A stretch of 64,000 nt of DNA from Rhodospirillales bacterium (GCA_028818565.1 JAPPNV010000307.1:16374-80373); one strand, 5' to 3'; counted from the stretch's first letter, positions 27,823 through 38,595 are shown. Translations and numbers: made by a program. The notes: a model not told the origin generated them from the letters alone.

Positions 27823-28854
27823 CTAGGGCCGCATGATCATGCGGCCGAAGAAGTTGCGGCTCTCCATCAGCGCGTGGGCCGCCGGCGCCTCGCTGAGGGC
27901 GAAAGTCTGGTGGATGACGGGCTTGAGATGGCCTTCCGCCATTAGCCCGAGCACGCGCTCGACATGGGTCTTGGTCGAGCGCCCGCAGCCGTGCACCGCG
28001 ATGTGCTTGCGGAAGAACTCGATGAAGTCGATCTCCACCCGCTCGCCGCCGTGGGCGCCGATGGTGGCGAGCCGGGCGCCGGGCGCGAGCGCGTCGATGG
28101 CGCCCACCAGGATGGCGCCGCCGGTCATCTCAAGCGCCGCATCGACGCCCCGGCCATCGGTGAGCCTGCGCGCGGCACCGCCGATGTCCTGGCGCGTGTA
28201 GTCGATGGCAGCGTCGGCACCGAGGGCGAGGGCCTTCTCCAGCTTCTCCTCGGAGCCCGCGGCGGCGATCACGCGCGCGCCGGCGAGCTTGGCGATCTGG
28301 ACGGCGGCGGAGCCGACGCCGCCGCCCGCCGCGGTGATCAGCACGGTCTCTCCGGCGCGGAGGCCGATCTCCTCGATCAACGCCTCCCAGGCGGTGGCAA
28401 AGGGAATCTGGCCGGCCACGGCATCCTCGTAGGAAAGCGAGTCGGGAATGGGGACGACGTGGTCGTGGCGCACCCGCACATAGTCCGCGTAGCCGCCCCA
28501 ATGGGTGACCCCGAGGACGCCTGCGTTCATGCACAGGTTCTCGCGGCCGTCGCGGCAGTCGCCGCAGATGCCGCAGCTCAGCATGAAGTGCGGCGCGACC
28601 CGGTCGCCCTCGCTGAACCCGCTCACGCCGGCGCCGACGTCGGCGACAGCGCCCGCCGCGTCCACGCCCATGACGTGCGGCATCGGGCTTTCGACGCCGA
28701 AGAGCCCCTTGCGCAGGTCGGTGTCGCAATGGTTCACGCCCGAGGCGTGGACCTTGATGAGGAGCTCGCCGGGGCCAGCGACGGGGGTCTGCACGTCCTC
28801 GTAGACGATCGTGTCGAACGCCTCGCCGTAGCCGTGGATCACTGCCGCCTTCAT
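27823..28854 (-). CDS. zinc-dependent MDR-family alcohol dehydrogenase / quinone oxidoreductase
   Basis: Internal ATG with GGAGGAAGAGC SD gives [44 protein letters not shown].... A GxGxxG segment ([14 protein letters not shown]) is present. The start ATGA-overlaps the upstream stop. Confidence 0.8.
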   Translation of the reverse strand: MKAAVIHGYGEAFDTIVYEDVQTPVAGPGELLIKVHASGVNHCDTDLRKGLFGVESPMPHVMGVDAAGAVADVGAGVSGFSEGDRVAPHFMLSCGICGDCRDGRENLCMNAGVLGVTHWGGYADYVRVRHDHVVPIPDSLSYEDAVAGQIPFATAWEALIEEIGLRAGETVLITAAGGGVGSAAVQIAKLAGARVIAAAGSEEKLEKALALGADAAIDYTRQDIGGAARRLTDGRGVDAALEMTGGAILVGAIDALAPGARLATIGAHGGERVEIDFIEFFRKHIAVHGCGRSTKTHVERVLGLMAEGHLKPVIHQTFALSEAPAAHALMESRNFFGRMIMRP

Positions 28855-29816
28855 GCTCTTCCTCCGGCAACCCGCATTCGCGCCCGGCCGTCGGCCGAAG
28901 CCGCCACCAGGGCCGCGGCCCGATGGACGCTCGTATGCCGGCGCGCGAGGCGGTCGAGATCGTCGGCATAGCCGCCGCCCACCACGCACGCGGTCGGCAC
29001 GCCGGCCTCGCGGCAGGTCTCGATCACGTAGCGATCGCGCCGGGCGAGACCGCCGTCCCCCAGGGCGAGCCGGCCGAGCTTGTCCTCCACATGGGGATCG
29101 ACGCCGGCATTGTAGAACACGATGTCCGGCCGATGGTCCGCGAGCAGCGCCGGCAGGTGGGTCGCCAGCACCGAGTGATAGACGTCATCGCCGGTGCCGG
29201 GGGGGACGCCGATATCGAGATCGCTTGTTTCCTTCAGGGGCGGGTAGTTGGCCTCGCAGTGGAGCGAGAAGGTGAAGACCTCCGGCTCGTCCTGGAAGAT
29301 CGCGGCCGTGCCGTCGCCCTGATGGACGTCGAGATCGACCACCAGCGCCCGCTCGATCAGCCGCTCGCTGCGCAGCACGCGGATCGCGACGGCGACATCG
29401 TTGAAGAGGCAGAAGCCGGCACCGTGATCGGCGAAGGCATGGTGGCTGCCGCCGGCCGTGTTGCAGGCGAGCCCGTGCTCCAGCGCGAGGCGGCCGGTGA
29501 GTACCGTCCCGCCGACGGCGGCGCGGCCGCGGCGCACCAGGGCGTCGGAGAGCGGAAGCCCGAGCCGGCGAATGGCGCGGCGGTCGAGCGCGAGGTTGAG
29601 CAAGGCGGCGACGTAGGCCTCGTGGTGGGCGAGCGTCAGCCACTCTCGCGACGCGGGCGCGGGCCGGGCGAGGCTCGCCGGCGGAATCACGCCGTCCTGC
29701 AGCAGCACGTCCTTGATTCGGCCGAATTTCCCGATGGGGAAGCGATGGCCGGGCGGCAGCGGGACCGTGTATTCCGGGTGAAAGACGACGGGCAGGACCA
29801 CAGGTACCGGATGCAA
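28851..29816 (-). CDS. histone-deacetylase-family protein (AcuC/acetoin-utilisation-like amidohydrolase)
   Basis: [18 protein letters not shown]...[24 protein letters not shown]...[12 protein letters not shown] matches the HDAC metal-binding signature. I chose a TTG start at 29816 (2 nt after the arsC TAG). A GTG at 29801 is an alternative. The 1041-aa track ORF is mostly frame noise. Confidence 0.7.
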   Translation of the reverse strand: MHPVPVVLPVVFHPEYTVPLPPGHRFPIGKFGRIKDVLLQDGVIPPASLARPAPASREWLTLAHHEAYVAALLNLALDRRAIRRLGLPLSDALVRRGRAAVGGTVLTGRLALEHGLACNTAGGSHHAFADHGAGFCLFNDVAVAIRVLRSERLIERALVVDLDVHQGDGTAAIFQDEPEVFTFSLHCEANYPPLKETSDLDIGVPPGTGDDVYHSVLATHLPALLADHRPDIVFYNAGVDPHVEDKLGRLALGDGGLARRDRYVIETCREAGVPTACVVGGGYADDLDRLARRHTSVHRAAALVAASADGRARMRVAGGRA

Positions 29817-29818
29817 GG

Positions 29819-30166
29819 CTAAAGGATCGACAGCACGCTCTCGGGCGGCCGGCCGAGGGCCGCGCGGGCGCCGTTCACGACGATGGGCCGCTCGATGACG
29901 ATGGGATTGGCCACCATGAGGTCGATCAGAGCGTGGCGGGAGAGCTCCTCGTCGGCCATGCCGGCCTCGCGGTAGGCGGCCTCCTTCGTGCGCATCAGCG
30001 CGCGGGGCTCCATTCCGAGCTTGGCGAGCACAGCGTCCATCTCGTCGGCCGAGGGCGGCGTCCTCAGATACTCCACGATCTCCGGCTCGATGCCCCGGTC
30101 CTGCAACAACTGCAATGTTTGACGGGACTTGGAGCAGCGCGGGTTGTGGTAAATAGTCACCGCCAT
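29819..30166 (-). CDS. arsC: ArsC-family (glutaredoxin-type) arsenate reductase / Spx-ArsC fold protein
   Basis: [39 protein letters not shown]...[23 protein letters not shown] is collinear with E. coli ArsC (ITIYHNPACGTSRNTL...RPIVV...RPSE.VLDIL). A strong SD, GGGAGGGACGAC, is upstream. Confidence 0.8.
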   Translation of the reverse strand: MAVTIYHNPRCSKSRQTLQLLQDRGIEPEIVEYLRTPPSADEMDAVLAKLGMEPRALMRTKEAAYREAGMADEELSRHALIDLMVANPIVIERPIVVNGARAALGRPPESVLSIL

Positions 30167-32603
30167 GTCGTCCCTCCCGGTGCATCGTACGGCGGCGGCA
30201 CTCTGGCACGCGCTCACGCGAGGTGTCCAGCGGCCCGCTAGTCGTGCCCCGCGCGCGTGCGTCGCAGGGGCTGCGGCGCTGCTGCTGGCGACCCTGTGGC
30301 TTGCCGCGAGCGCGCCGGCGCTGGCGCAGGAAAGCGCGCCCGCCGCCGACGCGGCCGACTCTCAGGCCCTCGAGAGCCTGGTCGAGACCCTCGAATCGCC
30401 GGAGCAGCGCGAGCGCTTCATCGCCGACCTGAAGGCCGCGCTCGAGGCTCAACAGGCGACGGAGGCGAGCGAGGATGCCGAAGGCGCGTCGGCCATGCGC
30501 GCGTTCTCTGACGGGATCGCAACCCTCGGCAGGCATATCGTGGATCTCGCGGGCGCGATTGCCGACATCCCGGAGGCCATCGACTGGTTGATCGAGCACT
30601 GGGGCGAGCAGGAGGAGCGCGACGCCTGGCTGGTCTCCTTCGGCAAGCTGGTCGCGATCGTCGTGGCGGGGGTCGTCATCGGCCTGATCGTCTTCCGCGC
30701 GCTCCGGAGACCGCGCCGCTGGGTCGAGGGGCTGGAGCAGCCGTCTCCGTGGCTCCAGCCCGCGCTGCTGCTCTACAACGCGGTGCTGAGGGCCGTGCCC
30801 AATCTGGTCGCGGCCGGCGCCGCCTACGGTGTGCTCACCGTCATCGATCCGGCGGATGCGCTGCGCGTGGTCGCGCTCGCGATCATCAGCGCCCACCTGA
30901 TCGCGAGCGTGGTCAAGGCCGTGGGCACGCTGGTGCTGGCGCCCTACGCGCCGCAGCTCAGGCTTGGGCCGATCACGAACGAGAACGCCGCCTACTGCTC
31001 GATCTGGTGGCGTCGGCTCGTGAACATCGGGGCTTACGGCTACGTCTTCTGCTACGCGGCCCTGCTTCTCGGCCTGCCCGAGAGCGGCCATGCGGCCTTG
31101 ATCCGCCTGCTCGGCATTCTCCTCGTCGGCCTTCTCATCACCTTCATCCTGCAGAATCGCGTGGCGTTCGCGCGCTGGCTGCACGAGACCGGGCGAACCA
31201 GCGGCACGCGGGCGCACCTCCGCGTCTTCGCGTTCCTGGGCAAGCTCGCGGACTTCTGGCACATCCCGGCGATCCTCTACGTCGTCGCAGGCGGTCTGCT
31301 GGCGGCGGCGGAGGGGCTGGAGGGCTTCCTCTTCCTGATCAAGGGGAGCGCGGCGACCGTCGCGATCGCCTGGGCCACGGGCTTCGGCTTTGCCGGCGTC
31401 AGGCGCGGCTTCGAGCGGGGATTCCGAATCCGGGCCGAGCTGCACGAGCGCTATCCGGGGCTGCAGGCGCGGGTCAACCGCTATCTGCCGGTGGCACGCA
31501 GGGCGGCGCAGACGGTGATCCTGCTGCTCGGGCTCTGCCTCATCCTCGAAGCGTGGAGCGCCGATATCTTCACCTGGCTCGCGAGCGAGACGGGCACCGC
31601 CGTGATCGCCACGCTCGCCTCGATCGTCGCCATCGCCCTGATCGCGACCATCGTGCTCGAGGTGGCGACCACGCTGGTCGACCGCTACCTCACCCAGTTC
31701 GACGACAAGGGCGAGCTGGTGGAGCGGAGCCAGCGTGCGCGGACGCTGCTGCCGCTCGCGCGCAACGCGCTCCGGGTCGTCGTGGGGGTGATTGCGGCGC
31801 TGATGATCCTCTCCGAGATTGGCTTGGACATCGCGCCGGTGCTGGCCGGCGTCGGCGTCGCCGGCCTCGCCATCGGCTTCGGCGCGCAGACCCTGGTGAA
31901 GGACATCATCACCGGGCTCTTCATCCTGCTGGAGGACAGCGTCGCCGTGGGCGATGTCGTGACCGCCGGCGGCCATACCGGCACCGTGGAGGCGATCACG
32001 ATCCGCACCATCCGCCTGCGCGATTTACAAGGCCACGTGCACACCGTGCCATTCAGCGGTGTCGACACGATCTCCAACATGACCAAGGAGTTCTCCTACT
32101 ACCTGATCGACATGGGCGTGGCCTACCGCGAGGACTACGACGAGGTGGTGGACGTCATGCGCGAGGTCGGCGCGGAGCTGCAGCAGGACCCCGAGTTCGG
32201 CCCCAACATGCTGGAGCCGCTGGAGATCATGGGCCTCAACAGCTTCGGCGATTCGGCCGTCATCGTCCGCGCCCGCCTCAAGACCAAGCCGCTCACGCAG
32301 TGGGCGACCGGGCGAGAGTACAACCGCAGGTTGAAAGCCGCCTTCGACGACCGCGGCATCGAGATTCCCTTCCCCCACACGCAGATCTACTTCGGCGAGG
32401 ACAAGCAGGGCCGCGCGCCTGCCGCCCGCGTGGTCATCGAGGACGCGCGAGCGGGCGACGACGACGCTCCGCCGCAGACTTCGGCTGATGACGAGAAGGA
32501 GCGCGAGAGACGAGCACAGCAGCGGGAGCGCACGCCGCGCGAGCGGACCGGCGACGGGCCGGAAGACGCAGGCAGCAGTTCAGGCGACGACGCACCGGGT
32601 TAG
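30165..32603 (+). CDS. MscS-family mechanosensitive channel with a large periplasmic N-terminal domain (MscK/KefA-like)
   Basis: There is a signal-peptide-like region, then a long acidic helical domain, then about 11 TM segments. The MscS pore/beta domain ([38 protein letters not shown]) and an acidic C-tail follow. The start is uncertain: the track ATG overlaps the divergent arsC start, and a GTG at 30183 is an alternative. Confidence 0.75.
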   Translation: MSSLPVHRTAAALWHALTRGVQRPASRAPRACVAGAAALLLATLWLAASAPALAQESAPAADAADSQALESLVETLESPEQRERFIADLKAALEAQQATEASEDAEGASAMRAFSDGIATLGRHIVDLAGAIADIPEAIDWLIEHWGEQEERDAWLVSFGKLVAIVVAGVVIGLIVFRALRRPRRWVEGLEQPSPWLQPALLLYNAVLRAVPNLVAAGAAYGVLTVIDPADALRVVALAIISAHLIASVVKAVGTLVLAPYAPQLRLGPITNENAAYCSIWWRRLVNIGAYGYVFCYAALLLGLPESGHAALIRLLGILLVGLLITFILQNRVAFARWLHETGRTSGTRAHLRVFAFLGKLADFWHIPAILYVVAGGLLAAAEGLEGFLFLIKGSAATVAIAWATGFGFAGVRRGFERGFRIRAELHERYPGLQARVNRYLPVARRAAQTVILLLGLCLILEAWSADIFTWLASETGTAVIATLASIVAIALIATIVLEVATTLVDRYLTQFDDKGELVERSQRARTLLPLARNALRVVVGVIAALMILSEIGLDIAPVLAGVGVAGLAIGFGAQTLVKDIITGLFILLEDSVAVGDVVTAGGHTGTVEAITIRTIRLRDLQGHVHTVPFSGVDTISNMTKEFSYYLIDMGVAYREDYDEVVDVMREVGAELQQDPEFGPNMLEPLEIMGLNSFGDSAVIVRARLKTKPLTQWATGREYNRRLKAAFDDRGIEIPFPHTQIYFGEDKQGRAPAARVVIEDARAGDDDAPPQTSADDEKERERRAQQRERTPRERTGDGPEDAGSSSGDDAPG

Positions 32604-32907
32604 CGCGCGCTTCCGCAGCAGACTGAACCAGTCCAGCCGCGGTCGGGAGAAATTTAGAGTGGACCACGGTACGGGACGTGACGAGGCGGGGGCCGGCAAT
32701 CATTCCTCGTCGTGCTTAGGCATCGCGCCCGGCTGCACACACCCTTAACTCGGGTCGTAGTAGCCATGTAATGATCCGTAGATCGTGCCGCACCGGAAAA
32801 TTCCGGGACATAGCGGGATATTGCTGTTGTTGAGTGCGGAAGATTGACGACCAACCCGTGCGATAGTGTCGCGAGGCTCACCCCGCGCTGCTGGAGGACC
32901 GCCCCCT

Positions 32908-33489
32908 ATGTCCAGACTACCGCTGACCGACCCGCAAGACCTGCCGCCTTTCCTTGAGAGCATGCACGACGGTGCCGCGGAGAACGACTGGTCGACGCGC
33001 CATTGCGCCCGCGTCTTCGCGGCGCATCCGGATATCCTGGAGCGATATCTCGCCTTCTACTATCCCTTCCACGCGAGCGAGCCGGGAAGCCTGTTGGACA
33101 GCCGCATCAAGGAGCTGGTTCGGCTGCGCATCGCGACCCTCAACGGCTGCAAGACCTGCAAGGCGGCACGGCTCGCACCGGGCGAGGTCAGCGAGCGGGA
33201 GGCCGCGGTGGGGGTCGACGAGCCGGCCGAGGCGGCGTTTTCGGCGCGCGAGCGGGCCGCGCTCGCGCTCGCCGAACAGATGGCGCTCGATCACCACGCC
33301 TTCGACGACGCGGCGATGAGCGCGTTACGTCGGCACTTCTCCGAGGCCGAGACGCTGGAGCTGATGATGATGATCGGCCAGTACATCGGCTTCGGCCGGA
33401 TGCTGGCGATGCTCCAGCTCGAAGAGACGCATTGCCCGATCGAGCCGGCCGTCGAATCTCAGCCCCAGACCGCCGAGTCCTTGAGGTAG
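32908..33489 (+). CDS. carboxymuconolactone-decarboxylase (AhpD-like) family protein
   Basis: ATG at residue 15 of the track ORF has GGAGGA about 10 nt upstream. The CMD motif context (RIATLNGCKTCKAA...) is present. Confidence 0.7.
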   Translation: MSRLPLTDPQDLPPFLESMHDGAAENDWSTRHCARVFAAHPDILERYLAFYYPFHASEPGSLLDSRIKELVRLRIATLNGCKTCKAARLAPGEVSEREAAVGVDEPAEAAFSARERAALALAEQMALDHHAFDDAAMSALRRHFSEAETLELMMMIGQYIGFGRMLAMLQLEETHCPIEPAVESQPQTAESLR

Positions 33490-34247
33490 TCATGCACCAC
33501 GCGTCCGAAGTCGAGGTCGAAGTCCACCACGGCGAAGAATCCGCCGAGGATGCGCACGGGTGCCAGTTGATGCCATGAATCGGCGGCGGTGCTTGCGAGC
33601 GTGAGCGCGGCGCGGCCGGCGTAGAGCTCTGGGCTGCCGTCCCCGCTCTTGCGCAGCGCGCCTGTCACGTCGAGGCGCACCAGCTCCGAGACGCTCGGCC
33701 GCACCGCGGTCTCCGCGCTCGGGATATGGCGGTAGGACAGCACCGGCGATTCGGCGAGTTCGTCGGGCGAGGCCTTGCGGTCGCACACCATCGAGGCGGT
33801 CATCAGGCGCTGCCCGCGCGGCCGCTCCACAGTGAGCAGGAGCTGCTCCATATAGGGCATGGTGTCGCCGCCCCAGTTGTGCTCGATCACGGCGATCTTC
33901 TTGGCGTAGCCCCAGATCTCGCGGCCCGCGCCGAGCGGGATGTCGTTATCCACCAGGATCGAGGGCTGATACATGTAGCGCGTACCGTCCAGCATCACGT
34001 CGACCATGACGAAGGCCTCGTGATAGGGGCCGAAGGCCGAGAACGGGACCCAGCGCGCCCACGAGGTGCAGATTACCGGATCGTCCGCCGGCTCCAGATG
34101 GGGCGGCAGCAGCTCCATCACCGCAGCGCTGTCGGCCTCGTAGCGGATCATGAGGTCCTGCACGCCGCGGAAGGGATAAGGCGGGGCGGCGTACATCGGG
34201 CCGCCGAGCGGCATGCTGAAGTGGCGCTTGAAGGTAGCGATGTCCAT
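33459..34247 (-). CDS. acetoacetate decarboxylase (ADC) family protein
   Basis: 262 aa. MDIATFKRHFSMPLGGPMYAAPPYPFRGVQDLMIRYEAD... is a typical ADC-family double-beta-barrel N-terminus. Its 3' end overlaps the convergent CMD gene by 31 nt. Confidence 0.65.
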   Translation of the reverse strand: MDIATFKRHFSMPLGGPMYAAPPYPFRGVQDLMIRYEADSAAVMELLPPHLEPADDPVICTSWARWVPFSAFGPYHEAFVMVDVMLDGTRYMYQPSILVDNDIPLGAGREIWGYAKKIAVIEHNWGGDTMPYMEQLLLTVERPRGQRLMTASMVCDRKASPDELAESPVLSYRHIPSAETAVRPSVSELVRLDVTGALRKSGDGSPELYAGRAALTLASTAADSWHQLAPVRILGGFFAVVDFDLDFGRVVHDYLKDSAVWG

Positions 34248-34271
34248 GGTGGGTCTCCCTGGCGCGCGGGC

Positions 34272-35045
34272 CTAGCCGTTCTCCGTGTCGAGCGCGGACC
34301 AATCGTCGAGCCGGCCGTAGAGGTAGGGCACGAATTCTTCGGCCGGGAGCCGGGCCAGCGGGCGGCAGGTGGAGAGCAGATCGCCCTCGATGTAGGAGGC
34401 GCCGCGCAACTCGCAGATCTCGATGTCGGCCAGCGGATCGTGCACTGTCGAGCGCAGCGCGAGCGTGCCGGTCCCCTCCCGCCGCACGGTCAGATGGTTG
34501 TCGAACTCGGCCAGCGTGAGGACAGGGTCGTCCTCAAGGCCGACACCGGTGCATGACGGTAGCGCCTTGATGTTGAAGTTGGCGCCCTTCTCGCGGCCGG
34601 GCTCCCGCTCGTGGGGCAGCGTCGCCTCGATCTCGATCACACGCGTGCCGAGCCGCTCGATGTAGCCGTGCATGGCATCCCCGCGCCGCTGCAGGCGCGT
34701 CGTGGCCTGCTTCTTGGGCTCGCCGAAGAGATCTCGCCCGAAGATGATCGCGTGGTCCTGATCCATGAACATGGCGAGCACGTAGGGCGCCTCGATTTCC
34801 CCGTGCCGGGCCATGACGTAGATGGCGCCGCCGGCGAAGTCGGCCACGCAGTTGGAGCGCCAGCGGCCCACCATCGCCGTCACCAGCGGCTCCGCCACGG
34901 GCTCGAGCCTGGGCGGCAGAATCTCGGCGACGATCTCCGGCCGCGTGAGAAAATCGACCATCAGCATCTCGGCGCCGACGAAGCGGGGCCGCTTCAGCAC
35001 CGCCTCGATGCGCTTCACTTCCTCCGGCGTTTTCACGAAGCCCAT
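34272..35045 (-). CDS. acetoacetate decarboxylase (ADC) family protein, paralogue
   Basis: 257 aa. It is distantly similar to the downstream ADC-family gene and is the same length class. It lies directly after the ABC ATPase genes. Confidence 0.65.
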   Translation of the reverse strand: MGFVKTPEEVKRIEAVLKRPRFVGAEMLMVDFLTRPEIVAEILPPRLEPVAEPLVTAMVGRWRSNCVADFAGGAIYVMARHGEIEAPYVLAMFMDQDHAIIFGRDLFGEPKKQATTRLQRRGDAMHGYIERLGTRVIEIEATLPHEREPGREKGANFNIKALPSCTGVGLEDDPVLTLAEFDNHLTVRREGTGTLALRSTVHDPLADIEICELRGASYIEGDLLSTCRPLARLPAEEFVPYLYGRLDDWSALDTENG

Positions 35046-35080
35046 GACACGACCCTCCTCGTGTAAATGGCGCGATCCGA

Positions 35081-35788
35081 TCAGGCGCCCAGATAGGCGC
35101 GGCGCAGCCGCTCGGAATCTCGAAGCGCGTCGACGGTGCCGCTGAAGCTCACTTCGCCGCCGGAGATAACGGTCCCATTGTCGGCGACCCGAAGCGCGAA
35201 CTCGGCGTTTTGCTCGGCGACGATGATGGTGAGCCCCAGCGACTTCAGCGCGCGGAACGTGTCGGCGAGCGTGTTGATGATGGCGGGTGCGAGGCCCAGC
35301 GTCGGCTCGTCCACCATGAGCAGCCGGGGCTGCGCCATCAGGCCGCGCGCGATGGTGAGCTGCTGCTGCTCGCCGCCCGAGAGCGTGCCACCCGCCTGCC
35401 GGGCGCGCTCCTTGAGGATCGGAAACATCGCGTAGTTGCGCTCGATCAGCTCGCGCGTCTTCGTCCGTTCGCGAATGTGAACGCTCGCACCCACCAGCAG
35501 ATTGTCGAGCACGCTCATCTCCGGAAAGATGCGCCGCCCTTCGGGCACGTGGGCGATGCCGTCCAGCACGATCCTGTCGGGCGCGCGACGGATGAGCGAC
35601 TTCCCTTCGAAATTGATCTGCCCGGCAAGCGGGCGCATGAGGCCGCTGATCGCGCGCAGGATCGAGGTCTTGCCTGCGCCGTTTGGGCCAAGCAGCGCGC
35701 AGACCTCGCCCTGATCCACCGACAGGTTGAAACCGCGCACCACGCGGTTCACCCCGTACGCGAGCGTCAGATCGTCGATCTCCAGCAT
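35081..35788 (-). CDS. branched-chain-amino-acid-type ABC transporter ATP-binding protein (LivF-like)
   Basis: Walker A (GPNGAGKTS), LSGGEQQ signature and Walker B (LLMVDEP) are present. Confidence 0.85.
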   Translation of the reverse strand: MLEIDDLTLAYGVNRVVRGFNLSVDQGEVCALLGPNGAGKTSILRAISGLMRPLAGQINFEGKSLIRRAPDRIVLDGIAHVPEGRRIFPEMSVLDNLLVGASVHIRERTKTRELIERNYAMFPILKERARQAGGTLSGGEQQQLTIARGLMAQPRLLMVDEPTLGLAPAIINTLADTFRALKSLGLTIIVAEQNAEFALRVADNGTVISGGEVSFSGTVDALRDSERLRRAYLGA

Positions 35789-35789
35789 C

Positions 35790-36539
35790 TCAGTGCTCGC
35801 CGCCGAGGTAGATGCTGACCACCTGTTCGTTCGCCCGGATCTCGTCGGGGGTGCCGGAGACCAGCAGCGCGCCGTGATGCATGACGAACAGGTACTCGCA
35901 GACGTCCATGACCACTTCCATGTTGTGGTCGATCAGGAGCATGGTGAGCCCGCCCCGCTGGCATTCGCGCAGGTGCTCGATCAGATCGAAGGACTCCTCC
36001 CGGCTGAAGCCGGCGAAGGGCTCGTCGAGCAGGAGCACCTTGGGGCCGAGAGCCAGCGCCTGGGCGATCTCGGCGCGCCGTCGCATCAGGTGGCTGAGAT
36101 CGGTCGGCAGGTCGGCGCGCACAGCCTCCAGCTCGAAGAATTCGAGGAGCGCGTCGCATCGCGCGTCCTCGTCGCCGACACAGCCTGGGTAGCTGAGATC
36201 GCGGCCGCCGTGCCGGCCTCCCCAGATCATCGCCGTCCTGATGTTTTCCTCCACCGACTCTTCGGTGAAGAGACGGTTCTTCTGGTAGGTACGGCTGAGG
36301 CCGCTGCGCGCGACCTTGTAGGACGGCAGGCGGTGGATCGGCTTCGAGTCCAGCATTACCGTGCCCGCATCGGGCGTCGCATGCTTGGTCACGAGGTTGA
36401 CGAAGGTGGTCTTGCCGGCGCCGTTCGGCCCGATCAGGCCGACCAGCGCCCCGCGCGGCACGTCGAAGCTCACGTCGCGCACGGCTTCGACGCCGCCGAA
36501 GCGCTTGCTCAGATCGCGCACCTCCAGAATGGCGTCCAT
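35790..36539 (-). CDS. branched-chain-amino-acid-type ABC transporter ATP-binding protein (LivG-like)
   Basis: GPNGAGKTT, the LSHLMRRRAEIAQAL region and LLLDEPFAG are present. The stop is 2 nt from the LivF-like start. Confidence 0.85.
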   Translation of the reverse strand: MDAILEVRDLSKRFGGVEAVRDVSFDVPRGALVGLIGPNGAGKTTFVNLVTKHATPDAGTVMLDSKPIHRLPSYKVARSGLSRTYQKNRLFTEESVEENIRTAMIWGGRHGGRDLSYPGCVGDEDARCDALLEFFELEAVRADLPTDLSHLMRRRAEIAQALALGPKVLLLDEPFAGFSREESFDLIEHLRECQRGGLTMLLIDHNMEVVMDVCEYLFVMHHGALLVSGTPDEIRANEQVVSIYLGGEH

Positions 36540-36545
36540 CGGCGC

Positions 36546-37583
36546 CTACTTTCCCCGCGTCGCGGCGCCGAGCGCCTGCGCCACGATCTGCCTGATGCCG
36601 ACGGACTCGAGGGCGAAGTGCCAGAGCAAATTGGCGCCGCCCCAGAGCCCACCGCGGAAGAACAGGACCGTGACCACGATCAGGCCGCCGAGGACGATCT
36701 GGTTCCACTTGCCGAAGTCCTGGATGAACTGATCGAGAACCACCAGGAAGACGACGCCGATGGCGGGCCCCAAAAGTGTGCCCGAGCCGCCGATGATGAC
36801 GTAGATCACATATTGGAAGGAGCTCCAGATCGTGAACGAGCTCGGGTCGATGGCGATCTGCATCGAGGCGTAGAGCGCGCCGGAGAGGCCCGCGAAGCCG
36901 GCGGCAAAGACGAAGACAAGCTGCTTGTAGCGGAAGACGTCGAGGCCGCGCGCGGCCGCGAGATCCTCGTCCTGCCGGATCGCGCTCAAGGCGCGCCCCA
37001 CGTGGCCACGCGCGAGCCACCAGGAGGCAAACGCCGCGATCACGAGGAAGAAGAGCACCACGATGAGGAAGCGCTGGTTGGTGACGAAGGCGTAGTCGCC
37101 AAGCGCGGGCCTGGGGATGCCGGCGGTGCCGTGCGGGCCGCCGGTGAACCACTCCCAGCTGTCGAACATGATGTAGAGGAGCTGGCCGACGGCCAGCGTG
37201 CCGATGGCGAAGTGGTAGCCGCGCAGCCGGAACAGCGGATAGCTCAGCAGGTACGCGAGCGCGCTGGTGATGATGATGGCGCAGGGCAGCGCGGCCCAGA
37301 AGTCGAACTCGAACTGCTGCACCGTGAGCACGCCGACCACGTAGGCGCCGACGCCGACGAATCCGCCCTGCCCCATTGCGAGGTAGCCCATGTGGCCCAT
37401 GAGCAGCCCGAAGGGGATGACCGCGATCATCGCCGTGCCCGCGCCCACCAGCAGACGCAGGTGATAGTTGTTGTCGACCACAGCCCACAGGATGCCGAGG
37501 AAGGCGAGCAGGACGAGCCAGCCGATCACGGCCCGCGTGCGGCGATCCCGAAGCGATATCCGGTGGGCCGGGAGGAGCGTCAT
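36546..37583 (-). CDS. branched-chain-amino-acid-type ABC transporter permease (LivM-like)
   Basis: 345 aa polytopic permease. The start overlaps the upstream permease stop by 4 nt. Confidence 0.8.
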   Translation of the reverse strand: MTLLPAHRISLRDRRTRAVIGWLVLLAFLGILWAVVDNNYHLRLLVGAGTAMIAVIPFGLLMGHMGYLAMGQGGFVGVGAYVVGVLTVQQFEFDFWAALPCAIIITSALAYLLSYPLFRLRGYHFAIGTLAVGQLLYIMFDSWEWFTGGPHGTAGIPRPALGDYAFVTNQRFLIVVLFFLVIAAFASWWLARGHVGRALSAIRQDEDLAAARGLDVFRYKQLVFVFAAGFAGLSGALYASMQIAIDPSSFTIWSSFQYVIYVIIGGSGTLLGPAIGVVFLVVLDQFIQDFGKWNQIVLGGLIVVTVLFFRGGLWGGANLLWHFALESVGIRQIVAQALGAATRGK

Positions 37584-38455
37584 GCGTTGCGATCCGGCAA
37601 GCCGAAGAGCCCTTGCGGGCGGATCATCAGAATCGCCAGGAGCACCAGGAAGGGCACCAGATCGCCGAGCTTGGAGCCGACGTAGAAGACCGTGAGGTTG
37701 TACAGAATGCCGAGGATGAGGCCGGCGACGATGGAGCCCGCGATGCTGCCCATCCCGCCGAAGATGATGATGACCAGCGCCATCAGCAGCGGCTGGAAGC
37801 CCATGTCCGGCCGCACGTTGAAAAGCGCGCCGAGCATGGCCCCGGCGGCGCCGCCGAGCGCGCCGCCGAGGAAGAACACGATTGCCGCCACCCGGCGCTT
37901 CTTGATGCCCATCAGCGCGGCGGTTTCCTCCCCCTGCGCGGTGGCGCGCATGGTGCGCCCGAGATGGGTGCGGTAGACGACGAAATAGAGCGATGCGAAC
38001 AGGACAAGAGTGATGGCGATGGTGACCAGCCGCGCTCCGTCGATACGGATTTCCCCGGCCGTCAGCGCCCAGTCCTCACCCGGCATGGCGATCGGCCGCG
38101 CCTCGAAGTCTCCCCAGATACGGAGCGCCGTGGTGCCGAGAACCATGTAGAGGCCGAGCGAGGCCAGAAGCTGGTCGGTGAGCGGGCGGCGCTGGAGGAA
38201 GCGGAAGACGGCGTTCTCCAGCACGATGCTGAGCAGCCCCATGACGATCATGGCGGCGAAGAAGCCGACGAAGAAATGTGTGCCGAGCTGCGTCGCGACC
38301 ACGTAGGCCACGAATCCGCCAAGCATGATGAGCTGCCCGTGGGCGAGGTTGATGACCCTGTAGACGCCGAAGATGAGGGCGAGCCCCGCGGCCGCCACGG
38401 CAAGGTTCATGCCGTACGAGGCGCCGTAAATCAGTTGTTGGGCGAACGCGGTCAC
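37580..38455 (-). CDS. branched-chain-amino-acid-type ABC transporter permease (LivH-like)
   Basis: MTAFAQQLIYGASYGMNLAVAAAGLALIFG... is a LivH-type N-terminus. Confidence 0.8.
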   Translation of the reverse strand: MTAFAQQLIYGASYGMNLAVAAAGLALIFGVYRVINLAHGQLIMLGGFVAYVVATQLGTHFFVGFFAAMIVMGLLSIVLENAVFRFLQRRPLTDQLLASLGLYMVLGTTALRIWGDFEARPIAMPGEDWALTAGEIRIDGARLVTIAITLVLFASLYFVVYRTHLGRTMRATAQGEETAALMGIKKRRVAAIVFFLGGALGGAAGAMLGALFNVRPDMGFQPLLMALVIIIFGGMGSIAGSIVAGLILGILYNLTVFYVGSKLGDLVPFLVLLAILMIRPQGLFGLPDRNA

Positions 38456-38552
38456 GAGATCACGCCCTTGCCGGCGGGGGACAGAATATGGACGTCAGAC
38501 AAACCGAGCCGCGAAGCGGTCCAGCCGGCGCGACCGCCCGGCGATTGAGGGC

Positions 38553-38595
38553 AAAAAAAGAGGCGGCGCACACCCTCTCGCGGGCAGGCGCCGCC
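38553..38595 (-). terminator. rho-independent terminator/attenuator between the SBP gene and the permease genes
   Basis: On the minus strand the sequence reads GGCGGCGC-ctgcccgcgagagggtgt-GCGCCGCC followed by TCTTTTTTT. That is an 8-bp GC stem plus a 7-U tract, about 50 nt after the SBP stop. Confidence 0.6.

Noticed and set aside
28851-31976. 1041-aa ORF on the minus strand spanning the HDAC-family gene and running antisense through arsC and the MscS-family gene
   Set aside because: Only the last approximately 320 residues have protein-like composition and HDAC motifs. The remainder is Arg/Gly/Ala/Pro-rich frame noise typical of high-GC DNA. It overlaps two well-supported genes.
32604-32907. 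300-nt intergenic region upstream of the CMD-family gene as a possible sRNA or riboswitch
   Set aside because: It contains only short stems (ccgg-aaaatt-ccgg) and a plausible promoter-like TTGACG element. Nothing matches a known riboswitch architecture, and I cannot run a covariance search.
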